Origin: a virus
DNA length: 64,000 nt
Direction: 5' to 3' (one strand)
Virus record (IMG/VR): IMGVR_UViG_3300045988_146774
Location: 32,001-96,000 of that record
In this document: piece by piece, positions 36,055 to 44,390 of the stretch
Position numbering within the stretch: position 1 is the stretch's first letter
Layout: each line of letters starts with the position of its first letter
The notes under the pieces: model-generated
Database searches by the model: none
What the model was told of the DNA's origin: nothing
The model's input: only the letters and a program-made list of their open reading frames with translations
Program-made: the position numbers and the translations under genes

Positions 36055-37983
36055 TTGGCACAAGACGTATTAGATTTTAAAGTCAATATAGAAACAGAGA
36101 ATGCTGCTACTAAAATGGAAACTCTTGGTACTATGTATGACGAAATCAAAAATAAAATGGAGAAAGATAAAATTACTCCACAAATTGATTTATCGAAGGT
36201 CAAATCACAAGTCAAAGAGGTTCAAAATTTATTTTCAAATGCTGGAAAAGGCTCTGGCAAAAAGATAGATCTTTCTAATTTATTTACGGTTGATCCAAAA
36301 TCTTTTGATAAGGCAATGAGTTCTTTCTTCTCAAAAATGGATAAACAAATGAAGAGTCGTGCTTCCAAAGTAAGTAAAGATCAATCTGATCTTGCTAAAT
36401 TAATGGCAGCTGACAAAGCAAGTTCTTATCCGTATGCAGATGAGTTAAATGCCAAGAATCAAAAGCTTCTGAGACAATATTCTCGGCAAAATGTTTCCGG
36501 AGAAGATAGGAAGAATTTAGAGACTGCCATGAATCTTCAAGCACAAGTAGAGACATATCAGAAGCGAATGGCAAAAAGTATTTCGGATAATAATTTAGAA
36601 GCTGCAATTGCCGATTATGATAAATGGGCTTCATCTGTTGAGCAGTTAAATTCCGTATTGTCCATTCTTGGTAATACAATGGAAAAATCATTAGATACTT
36701 CTGCTGTTGATACCGCTATTTCTAAAGTCGAAAAATATAGAGACAGTCTGAAGAATGTTAGTGATGAGCAAAATAAAATGCTTGATAAAGTTACCAATAT
36801 GTACAATCAAGAAGGACTGACTCGAAGTGAAAAAATCAATGCGGACAAAGAGTTTCAGCAAGTTAAAAATGAGATCGCACATCAGAATAAATTAGCTGAA
36901 ATTCAAAGGGAAGCTTATTCTGGTAAATATTCTCTCACTTCTGCTAAGGCAGATACTTTCTTATCCAGATACAATGGACAAAGCTCTGAAGTTTTAAATA
37001 GAGCAAGGGCTGAGTTGGCTGAATATAAGAAAATATCTGAAGAGGTTGTTGCTCTATCTGATAAGAAGATTAAGGGAGAATTAATTGATACTTCCGGACT
37101 TGAAGAAAGTAAAGTTAAATTAGAAGAATGTGGCGAACGAATGAAGAATGTTCTCGAAGAAGTTCGTGTCGCTGAAAGTAAAACTCTTGATCCAAAGATA
37201 GCAACTTCTTCTGCTAACAGCGTTCAGAAGTATATGAATGACAATACAAAAGCTTTAAAGAAATATAAAGCTGAGTTTGAATCTGTCAGAGATATGTATA
37301 AGAACGCCACTACTGTTGGTGAAAAAAATACAGCGGATGTTGAATTTAAAAGATTGAAGTCTGCTGTTTCTGCTGAAGGATTGAATGGAAAAGGCTTATT
37401 CGGAAACTTAAGACAATCTTTTTCACAGTTATCTAAATTCAGCGGTGTTTGGGCTATGGCTCAAGGTGCTGTTGTTGATATTCCGAGACAAATTATGTCT
37501 GCTGTGACAGAAATTAATTCTGCACAGATTGAATTGAGAAAAGTTAGCAGTGCATCTGATAGTCAGTTGTCACAGTATTGGAATCAAGCTGCGGAAAGTG
37601 CCAAAAAATATGGTGCTACTGTTAGTGATGTTATTAGTAGCACTGCGGATTGGTCAAAACAGGGATATGGTCTAGATGATGCTAAGAAACTTTCTGATAT
37701 CACAACCTTGTATCAGAAAGTTGGAGACAATATGACGCAAGAAACTGCTTCGCAGAGTTTGGTTTCTACATTACAAGGTTTTAATATGCAAGCTGATCAA
37801 GCTGAATCTATTGTTGATAAGTCCAATGAGGTGGCAAACAATTATGCAATAGGATCAGATGGTATTGGAGAAGCTTTGCAGAGAAGTGCTGCATCATTTA
37901 ATGCTGCACACACAGATATTTCAAAGTCAATTGCTTTGATTACTGGAACCAATACAACACTTCAAGACCCGCAACGTGTCGGT
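36055..37983 (+). CDS. tape measure protein, exon 1
   Basis: TTG start after TAGGAGGTGA. Coiled-coil N-terminus, then a TP901-type TMP core (...AQIELRKVSS...GSDGIGEALQRSAA...LQDPQRVG). The frame degenerates into junk plus a stop after 37983. Confidence 0.75.
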
Positions 37984-38151
37984 TGTAAACATATTGCCGA
38001 CTATTACAGTAATGTAATAAAAATAAAAGTGGCTATATCGGTTAATGTCCAGAAGTGGACAAGACCGAGGAAAGACTTGTATATTTTCGAAGCATATCAA
38101 TTAGGAAGGGTATGCTTTTATTAATTATAAAATTAAAATTAAGGAGATAAA

Positions 38152-39075
38152 ATGCCAAGAAAAGGTAGTAAAACTGGATATACGATAAAATGTGAAAATT
38201 GTGGAAAAGAAATATATCAAACAAAAACTCAGTACAATAGAGCAAAGCATCATTTTTGTAGTAATAAATGTCAAAAGGATTTTCAACATAGACAACTATA
38301 TGAAAATAGAAAATGTCCGATATGTGGCTCCTTATTTGAAATAAGCAAGAAATCAAAACAAAAATTTTGTTCAACTAAATGTCAGAATGAATGGCAGAAA
38401 ACAAATACTGGTGAAAATAATGTTAGATTTAAAGGTTCTATCTGTAATTGCGATTGGTGTAATAAAAGGATAACAATTGGAAAGTCAAATATGGAAAGAT
38501 TTTCTAATCATTTTTGTTCTAATAAATGTAGACAAGCATGGTACTCAAATATTTATTCACAAAATGATACATGGAAAGAAGAATCTAGAATTCGAGCAGT
38601 TAAACTTTTAGAAGAAAGAAAAATAGATACAAATACAAAACCACAGATTATAATAAATAACTTGCTTGATGAATTGCAAATAAATTATATAAATGAAAAA
38701 AATTTGAAATATTATTCATTAGATAATTATTTAAAAGATAATAATTTGGCAATTGAAGTTATGGGAGATTTTTGGCATACCAATCCAATTGTGTATAATG
38801 AATTCCCATCAAAAGAAATACAAATAAAGAGAATATCAAAAGATAAAGCAAAACATACATATATTAAAAAATATTTTGACTATGAAATTTTATATTTATG
38901 GGAAAGTGATATTTATAAAAACTTGAACGTATGTAAAAAATTAATACAAAAATATATAAAAGAAAATGATCATTTACAAAATTATCATTCTTTCAATTAT
39001 CATATCGAAAATAATAATCTTATTTTAAATTCAAAAATAATTTACCCATATTTTGAAAAAGAATTAGTAGCATAG
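38152..39075 (+). CDS. intron-encoded putative homing endonuclease (3 FCS-type zinc fingers plus PD-(D/E)XK / Vsr-like domain)
   Basis: 307 aa, AAGGAGA SD. Three CxxC...FCSxKC repeats. C-terminus ...LAIEVMGDFWHTNP... resembles Vsr/DUF559-type nucleases. Confidence 0.6.
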   Translation: MPRKGSKTGYTIKCENCGKEIYQTKTQYNRAKHHFCSNKCQKDFQHRQLYENRKCPICGSLFEISKKSKQKFCSTKCQNEWQKTNTGENNVRFKGSICNCDWCNKRITIGKSNMERFSNHFCSNKCRQAWYSNIYSQNDTWKEESRIRAVKLLEERKIDTNTKPQIIINNLLDELQINYINEKNLKYYSLDNYLKDNNLAIEVMGDFWHTNPIVYNEFPSKEIQIKRISKDKAKHTYIKKYFDYEILYLWESDIYKNLNVCKKLIQKYIKENDHLQNYHSFNYHIENNNLILNSKIIYPYFEKELVA

Positions 39076-39170
39076 ACTAATGCCTAATCATTTGGTTATG
39101 TGAAAAAGAAAATATACAAGAATCCGTAACGACTGTAACACTTTATATGGTAACATATAAAGTTTCGCCA

Positions 39171-39180
39171 CTCTCCTATT
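39171..39180 (+). promoter_or_regulatory. CTCTYCTATT motif copy (inside intron 1)
   Basis: Exact CTCTCCTATT. Part of hairpin TCCTAT-taat-ATAGGA between the R-like and S-like elements. Confidence 0.45.
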
Positions 39181-39344
39181 AATATAGGATGAAGATCCAG
39201 TCTGAACTGTCAATAGACACTTCTATGAATTATTTCATAGTCGCCACGCTATAACTTAATGAAACGTGGGAATTAGCCAGAAATGACTAATCGCTATATT
39301 TAATATAGTCAGTACCATCTCACAAATGGGAAAGTAACAGGAAG

Positions 39345-39954
39345 AATATGTGGAAAACGGTTAGCGCAAGATTGCGTGGTTCAGAATCTGAACTTAGTGC
39401 TATGGGTGAAGACACAGATGGTCTTGTAACCTCTACATCTAAGCTTCAGGCAAAAGTCAAAGCACTTACTGGTGGCTTTGACATTATGAAAGATAAAGAT
39501 ACATATAAAGATATCTATGATATTGTAGTTGGAATTGGTGAAGCATTTCCAAAGATGAATGACATAAATCGTGCTAGTTTGCTTGAACTTTTAGCAGGGA
39601 AAAACCAGTCAAATGCCCTCGCAGCAGCACTTCAGAACGTTGATGTGATAAAGAAGGCTTACAACACGGCTGCCAATGAATCAGAAGGATCTGCCGAAAA
39701 AGAATTTGACAATTATAAAAAATCGATCGATTATTCTATTCAAAATTTTAAGGCGCAGTTCCAATCTTTCTCATCATCCTTAGTATCATCTGACTTTGTA
39801 AAAGGAATTGTTGATAGTGGATCATCGGCACTTAATATCATTACGCAACTCATAGATAAAGTAGGCTTATTGAAAACTGCCTTCGCTACATTCGCTGGCG
39901 TAAAACTTTTCAAAAACTTAGATTTGTTTTATCTAAACTGGTCACTTCATACAT
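39345..39954 (+). CDS. tape measure protein, exon 2 (3' boundary uncertain: 39908 or 39954)
   Basis: Continues the TMP core (NMWKTVSARLRGSESEL...LLELLAGKNQSNALAAAL...). Has no SD of its own. Its frame stops at 39954-56, just before a group I core. Confidence 0.7.
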
Positions 39955-40310
39955 AAGAATATAACGAAAATGGTGTTGTAAACAAGTGTGTGTTGTTAAC
40001 GTTTTAAAATTAGGAAGATTAATTGCTGGGAAGCCTAATGCTTAATGAGCTACAACATAGTCGGAAACGGCAAGTGTGAATGCGACGAAAGTAGAAAAAA
40101 TCATTAAGATGACATATGGTGAAATAAAAGGCATCGGGAAGATGCTCCTAAGTGTCTAGTATAAGGGCAAAGGTTATAATAACCGACTAACTGATCAGCA
40201 ACGCACTGTTATAGAGAATATATAGCTGTATAGCAGGACGCTCAGAGACTACCGATCTTCGAAGTCAATATGACCTTACAGTATTGACTTATAATGTATA
40301 GTCCAAGAAA
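39955..40310 (+). ncRNA. group I intron 2 catalytic core (P, Q, R and S elements all present)
   Basis: P AATTGCTGGGAAGCC (40021-35), Q CTGATCAGCAAC (40191-202), R GCTCAGAGACTACC (40240-53, versus consensus GTTCAGAGACTACA), P8 AGTCAATA/TATTGACT, S AATGTATAGTCC (40293-304, versus AAGATATAGTCC). Candidate P1: CATACAT(39948-54) with GTGTGTG(39986-92). Confidence 0.7.
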
Positions 40311-40642
40311 CAATATATGTTTTGTTATTACATATTCAAATAAAATAACACGATGCCTTCTATCCCATCGTTATTGGCAATGGATAGAGAATAAATAACT
40401 ATAAACAATAATGGAGATTAGAAAAATATCTAATCTCCAAAATATAATATCGTGTCTCAGACCAGTCATAGTTTGAGATGCATATATTATAAGATATTTT
40501 CCGATTTCTGTAAATGGATTATGGAGAATATACAATTAGCTTACAGAAAGTGAGTGGCAATCCCCAACGGAGCTTGTGATGGCTCCGAAGGGTTTTCTTA
40601 AAAAGGAGGAAATTAATGGAATGATTCACAAATTCAAGTTAA

Positions 40643-40840
40643 TTATTTATTATGTAGTGTGAACATACTATGTGACATCATTTTAGCAATTGCCTTAGCT
40701 TTTTCATCACTGATGTCATCCTTAAAAGCGATAAGGAAAACAGCAATAATTTTAGAAATCTCATGAAGAGAAACATAAAGCATAAACGGAATCACTAAAT
40801 AGATGTTGTTTAAAAGAATTCCAAAAAATTCTTTCAACAC
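40643..40840 (-). CDS. small hydrophobic protein (cargo island)
   Basis: 65 aa with GGAGGG SD on the minus strand (the TTG at 40837 is the likelier start). Two hydrophobic segments. Lies downstream of the Spo0A-C-like gene. Confidence 0.5.
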   Translation of the reverse strand: MLKEFFGILLNNIYLVIPFMLYVSLHEISKIIAVFLIAFKDDISDEKAKAIAKMMSHSMFTLHNK

Positions 40841-41009
40841 TACCCTCCTTTCTGTAAGATTAATTATCTTATTGGAAAATCAGGCAGAATAGCCCATTAG
40901 ATTTCCATCGTGCCATTGTCTTACACTGGCACTACCACGTAAAGATATGGTTACGAAAATCCGTGGAACTAAGCATATTGTGGTCATATGCTGATTTTGT
41001 AACAAATAC

Positions 41010-41018
41010 ATTATACCA
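41010..41018 (-). promoter_or_regulatory. extended -10 element TGgTATAAT (minus strand)
   Basis: Reverse complement of ATTATACCA, about 170 nt upstream of the 40840 start. Confidence 0.35.
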
Positions 41019-41071
41019 TTTTGTCAAAATTTGGAAATCCAGAACATACATTCAGAAAATAAATTAAACGG

Positions 41072-41410
41072 CTAATTGTATAAATTTCGGATTTTATCTT
41101 TATATGCAAAAGCAAGCGCACCTAGAAATTGTGCATTTGATGGACATTTGTTTGGAATATAACCGAATATTGGTTTTAGAATATCTTTTTGTTCATTAAA
41201 AAGATGTCGCACGACTGTACGAATGTTTGATTCTACGACCATTGTAGATGTATGGAATTTCTTTGCAATGGAAGGATATATGTCTTTTGTGATAAGATAT
41301 ATCTCATCATCTTCCACTTCGTTAATTAATTCAATCGCATATTTGATATATCGGTATCCTTTGTACCTCCGACTTATGCGACAGATGAATAAAAAGTCAT
41401 CAATTTTCAT
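41072..41410 (-). CDS. stand-alone Spo0A C-terminal (DNA-binding) domain protein, no receiver domain
   Basis: About 112 aa from the ATG at 41410 (GAGGTGA SD). KGYRYIKYAIELI...ITKDIYPSIAKKFHTSTMVVESNIRTVVRHLF...FGY...PSNAQFLGALA parallels Spo0A-C (HIKGYLYLREAI...[32 protein letters not shown]...FGYT...PTNSEFIA). Confidence 0.7.
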   Translation of the reverse strand: MKIDDFLFICRISRRYKGYRYIKYAIELINEVEDDEIYLITKDIYPSIAKKFHTSTMVVESNIRTVVRHLFNEQKDILKPIFGYIPNKCPSNAQFLGALAFAYKDKIRNLYN

Positions 41411-41443
41411 ATAAATCACCTCATAAGTAAAAGATGCATTAAT

Positions 41444-41471
41444 AATATACCATATTTAGCATACATTTCAA
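41444..41471 (-). promoter_or_regulatory. sigma-A-type promoter for the Spo0A-C-like gene (TTGAAA, 16 nt spacer, TGgTATATT)
   Basis: Minus strand: -35 TTGAAA (41471-66) and extended -10 TGGTATATT (41452-44). Confidence 0.4.
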
Positions 41472-41514
41472 GATGTGACGTGCTAAGATTGTGTTAAGAT
41501 ATTAGTGTTAAATG

Positions 41515-41521
41515 TGTCGAA
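41515..41521 (+). promoter_or_regulatory. consensus 0A box TGTCGAA
   Basis: Exact match to the Spo0A-box consensus TGNCGAA. It lies in the 390-bp divergent region between the Spo0A-C-like gene and the TA locus. Confidence 0.3.
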
Positions 41522-41591
41522 TGGCAAAAATCACAATAAAACTATTATATTTTTGTGTATTATTTGTGTAGCATTTTCCCCATGGAACGGG

Positions 41592-41597
41592 TATAAT
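41592..41597 (+). promoter_or_regulatory. -10 box TATAAT upstream of the antitoxin-repeat RNA
   Basis: Perfect TATAAT 34 nt before the first RNA repeat. No convincing -35 seen. Confidence 0.35.
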
Positions 41598-41630
41598 ATA
41601 AGCAAGAAAACAAAAGTTTTCTTATATACG

Positions 41631-41752
41631 TTTCACAATGTACGCCAAAGAAACATTGTATTTTGAGACAAACGTACTTCGCAATGTGTACCGAATTACA
41701 TTGTATTTTGAGACAAATTCCTTTCACAATGTAGGACAAAGAAACATTGTAG
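41631..41752 (+). ncRNA. type III antitoxin-like RNA: about 2.6 tandem repeats of 44-47 nt
   Basis: Repeat 1 is 41631-41677, repeat 2 is 41678-41721, and partial repeat 3 starts at 41722. Each has an ACAATGT...ACATTGT hairpin and a shared TATTTTGAGACAAA tail. They sit directly upstream of a terminator and a ToxN-like ORF. Confidence 0.7.
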
Positions 41753-41753
41753 A

Positions 41754-41787
41754 GGAGTGGTTCTGTTTAACAGATCACTCCTTTTTT
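41754..41787 (+). terminator. rho-independent terminator between the RNA repeats and the toxin gene
   Basis: GGAGTG/CACTCC stem followed by T6, as in the toxIN-type architecture. Confidence 0.65.
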
Positions 41788-41803
41788 GATACATAGGAGA
41801 AAA

Positions 41804-42349
41804 ATGAAAGAACATGCTTTATATTTTGGGAAAAATGAGTATTATGAAATAATCAGAAGGAATGGTGGAACATGGAATGATTCAAAGGAAAGACCAATTG
41901 TATGTTTGATGAAATCCATAGAACACGAAAAGTTATATTGGGCTATTCCAGTTGGTAATTATTATCATAGAAATGAAGCTGCACGAGAAAGATTAGAAAA
42001 ATATCTTGGAAAAGATAAAAAGAATATACAATCTTGTTTTTATCATGTTGGAAATACAAATGAAAAATCTATTTTCTTTATAAGTGATGTTATACCTATT
42101 ACTGACAAATATATAGAACGGGAATATTTGAATAAAACAAGAAAGGTTCATGAGATAAAAAATAAAAAATTGTTAAATGAATTGGAGTATAAACTTAGTC
42201 GTATATTATCGTTTGAAAACAATAAACCAAATTATTTCCGTCAACACATTACAGACATTAAAACTTATCTGTTAGAAGAATTGAGACAGGAAGAATTACA
42301 ATCTCAAGAAGAAAACACAGAAGAACAAATCCAAGAATCAGAGCAGTAA
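41804..42349 (+). CDS. type III toxin (ToxN/AbiQ/CptN-like endoribonuclease)
   Basis: 181 aa from the ATG at 41804 (AGGAGA SD). N-terminal pattern Y-x-x-x-EYY...ERPIVCLMKS...LYWAIPVG resembles ToxN/AbiQ (RPY-hydrophobic run...Y(F)APLSS). The genomic context (repeats plus terminator) is diagnostic. Confidence 0.6.
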   Translation: MKEHALYFGKNEYYEIIRRNGGTWNDSKERPIVCLMKSIEHEKLYWAIPVGNYYHRNEAARERLEKYLGKDKKNIQSCFYHVGNTNEKSIFFISDVIPITDKYIEREYLNKTRKVHEIKNKKLLNELEYKLSRILSFENNKPNYFRQHITDIKTYLLEELRQEELQSQEENTEEQIQESEQ

Positions 42350-42365
42350 TCACACTGCTCTTTTA
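42340..42365 (+). terminator. rho-independent terminator
   Basis: AGAGCAG/CTGCTCT stem followed by TTTT, overlapping the toxin stop codon. Confidence 0.6.
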
Positions 42366-42400
42366 TTATGTCAAAAATAAAGAGTAGAGAAAATTTTACC

Positions 42401-42410
42401 CTCTTCTATT
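42401..42410 (+). promoter_or_regulatory. CTCTYCTATT motif copy (inside the cargo island)
   Basis: Exact CTCTTCTATT, 52 nt after the toxin stop. Confidence 0.45.
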
Positions 42411-42443
42411 CTACCACTTATATCCACAATCTTTACATTCAAA

Positions 42444-42720
42444 CTAACTACGTGCTGTTTTACTAAATATTCCAAGCAACCCTACTCCTACTGCTTTTGA
42501 TGCTGCGGAGATACGTTTGATATTTGTAAAATTGCATGTTGGGCAAGTTATTTGTGTGTTTGATTGTTGGCTTGAGGATTGATGTTGGGTGGATGTCGCA
42601 TTCCCTTTTACAGTACTCATTCTGTTTTCGTAGGTTTTTTCTGAAAATTGAAAACCGCCAAATTTATTAGCCAGAATACAGTAATATTACTAAATACAAT
42701 ACAATAGATTTATTTTTCAT
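42444..42720 (-). pseudogene. frameshifted fragment paralogous to the C-terminal half of CDS 43789..44325
   Basis: Minus-strand translation ...KFGGFQFSEKTYENRMSTVKGN...ITCPTCNFTNIKRISAASKAVGVGLLGIFSK... parallels ...KYGGNQFSECAYRH...VTCPYCKSTNTKKISAVSRAGSILGFGLFSK.... An upstream 17-codon ORF (ATG at 42720) is in another frame. Confidence 0.5.
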
Positions 42721-42738
42721 TTTGATATAAATAAAAAA

Positions 42739-42976
42739 AGAATAATACAATAAATAGACTCATCTCAGGTGCTAGACCACCAGGTGCATCAGTGAAATAA
42801 CGCAATTTACTATTATCTAGATGGTAAAGAACGCCAATGCTCACAAACATATTCCAGTCTACCGAAGCGGACTCTCGTATATTCGTGAACGTGTACTGGT
42901 TTCAGCACATTATACGTCATATAGCAATCACCTCCAAGATACACCCTTGAGATGAGCCTGTTTATTGTATTATTCT
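42739..42976. repeat. 29-bp inverted repeats (27/29 match) flanking a 180-bp segment
   Basis: Left arm 42739-42767 (AGAATAATACAATAAATAGACTCATCTCA) and right arm 42948-42976 (TGAGATGAGCCTGTTTATTGTATTATTCT). Confidence 0.6.
42813..42920 (-). CDS. 35-aa micro-ORF with strong SD, enclosed by the inverted repeats
   Basis: GGAGGTG SD 8 nt before the ATG. Peptide MTYNVLKPVHVHEYTRVRFGRLEYVCEHWRSLPSR. Below the ORF-track size cutoff. Confidence 0.35.
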   Translation of the reverse strand: MTYNVLKPVHVHEYTRVRFGRLEYVCEHWRSLPSR

Positions 42977-42984
42977 ATATTATT

Positions 42985-43677
42985 TTATTTGTTTTTATTT
43001 AATAATTTTTCTGCTTTTTCAAGTTCATATTTATTATGTATAGAACTTATTAATGCCTTTAAGAAACTTTTCATTTGCTCTATGTCGTATTCGGGATGTT
43101 TCACCATGTAATGTGTTTCGTCGTTTCCAAGCCACGTGGCTGCATTCGCTAATTTTTGTATAGGTTCAAATTCGATTTTTTGGCAACATTTTTCCAATCG
43201 GCATTCTCCAATAGCTTCTTTGGTTAGATTTTGTTCTTGTTGTAAATAGTCTTTCACAAGAAATTCAAGAGCTTTTCTGTAACCTGTGCCGGCTATTGTA
43301 AGCAAACCTTGTCTTTCACATTCACACGCCTCAGAAAATATTTTTGTAAAATCTGGATATTTGTCTTTAATATCTTGAGGAATTGAACTTTCTTCAATCT
43401 CTTTCGGATATGGATATCTAACATCTTTTTCAACATTTTTCAAACTACTTTTCATGTGATATAGAGATACATAATATTGTTTACAATTTGTACAATACCA
43501 AACTGCAAATAAAAGAGGCTTCTCCTTTTCATTGAAAGATCTAATTAAACATCCGTTTGCATATTCTGGTTTTCCAGACTTATGACATATTGGACATGTT
43601 GGTTCGATTTCTACAGAACTTGAAACTTTCGCATTTTCAATTTGTTTCGAATCAAATAATTTTATATCAACATTCAT
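42985..43677 (-). CDS. zinc-ribbon plus DUF4145-like helical domain protein
   Basis: 230 aa. CPICH...CTNC zinc ribbon. The C-terminal ...FSEACECERQGLLTIAGTGYRKALEFLVKDYL...ATWLGNDETHY... resembles DUF4145. Confidence 0.5.
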   Translation of the reverse strand: MNVDIKLFDSKQIENAKVSSSVEIEPTCPICHKSGKPEYANGCLIRSFNEKEKPLLFAVWYCTNCKQYYVSLYHMKSSLKNVEKDVRYPYPKEIEESSIPQDIKDKYPDFTKIFSEACECERQGLLTIAGTGYRKALEFLVKDYLQQEQNLTKEAIGECRLEKCCQKIEFEPIQKLANAATWLGNDETHYMVKHPEYDIEQMKSFLKALISSIHNKYELEKAEKLLNKNK

Positions 43678-43788
43678 TTATTGTCACATCCATTAACCTT
43701 ATACATAAAATTATATATTAATTGCTTTTTATTGTATATACGGAACTAATGTTTTGGTAATTTTTACCATAATTGATACATAAAGCTG

Positions 43789-44325
43789 TTAGAAATCACT
43801 ATTGCAATTGTTACAATGCCATTCTTTTCCCAATTTCTTAGAGAACAATCCAAATCCAAGGATTGATCCTGCTCTGCTTACTGCTGATATTTTTTTAGTG
43901 TTTGTAGATTTACAGTATGGGCAAGTTACCTGAGTTATGTGTTGCTGTTGGATGGACTGGTGTTGGTGGGTGGATTGATTTTTATTTTCTTGTTTTATTA
44001 AACTCAATCTATGACGATATGCACATTCAGAAAATTGATTACCGCCATATTTTTTTGAGAGAATGATATCATAATCATTTTCATTGTCCATATTGTTGAT
44101 AAAATCATTCATGGTTTCTTTTGTAATAATTGTTTTTATATTACAAAAGCGACATTTTTTGTCGGCGTTTAATTCATCGCTTGAGTATATCATTGCACAT
44201 TTTGGACAGATATAAATATAGTCATCTGCTTCTAAATTTGAACTTAAAGGGTATCCACACTGATTGCATTCTTTAGCATAATTACTAATTTCTTTCCCAC
44301 ATTCAGGACACTTTATTAATGCCAT
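43789..44325 (-). CDS. multi-zinc-ribbon protein
   Basis: ATG at 44325 with GGAGG SD (the track ORF starts at 44370). Motifs CPECG...CNQCG, CPKC...CRFC, CPYC...CNNC. Confidence 0.55.
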   Translation of the reverse strand: MALIKCPECGKEISNYAKECNQCGYPLSSNLEADDYIYICPKCAMIYSSDELNADKKCRFCNIKTIITKETMNDFINNMDNENDYDIILSKKYGGNQFSECAYRHRLSLIKQENKNQSTHQHQSIQQQHITQVTCPYCKSTNTKKISAVSRAGSILGFGLFSKKLGKEWHCNNCNSDF

Positions 44326-44360
44326 ATTATTTCCTCCGAACAATCTTATAAATTTATTTA

Positions 44361-44390
44361 AGTATATCATGAATTGTAAAAGTATGCCAA
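44361..44390 (-). promoter_or_regulatory. sigma-A-type promoter (TTGGCA, 18 nt spacer, TATACT) for the minus-strand cargo operon
   Basis: Minus strand: -35 at 44390-85 and -10 at 44366-61. It abuts the start of TMP exon 3. Confidence 0.4.

Larger units (their letters stand above)
37984..39344 (+). mobile_element. group I intron 1 (with endonuclease ORF)
   Basis: P1: exon GTCGGT(37978-83) pairs with GCCGAC(37996-38001), with U-G at the splice site. R-like CCGTAACGACTGTAA (39124-38) and S-like GAAGATCCAGTCTG (39191-204) give P7 GACTG/CAGTC. The intron ends in G39344. Joining restores ...QRVG|NMWKTVSARLRG. Confidence 0.7.

Noticed and set aside
37984-38124. C-terminal 47 aa of track ORF 36055..38124 (CKHIADYYSNVIKIKV...) taken as the real TMP end
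   Set aside because: The sequence changes character exactly where the P1 pairing predicts a 5' splice site, and the conserved TMP motif continues at 39345.
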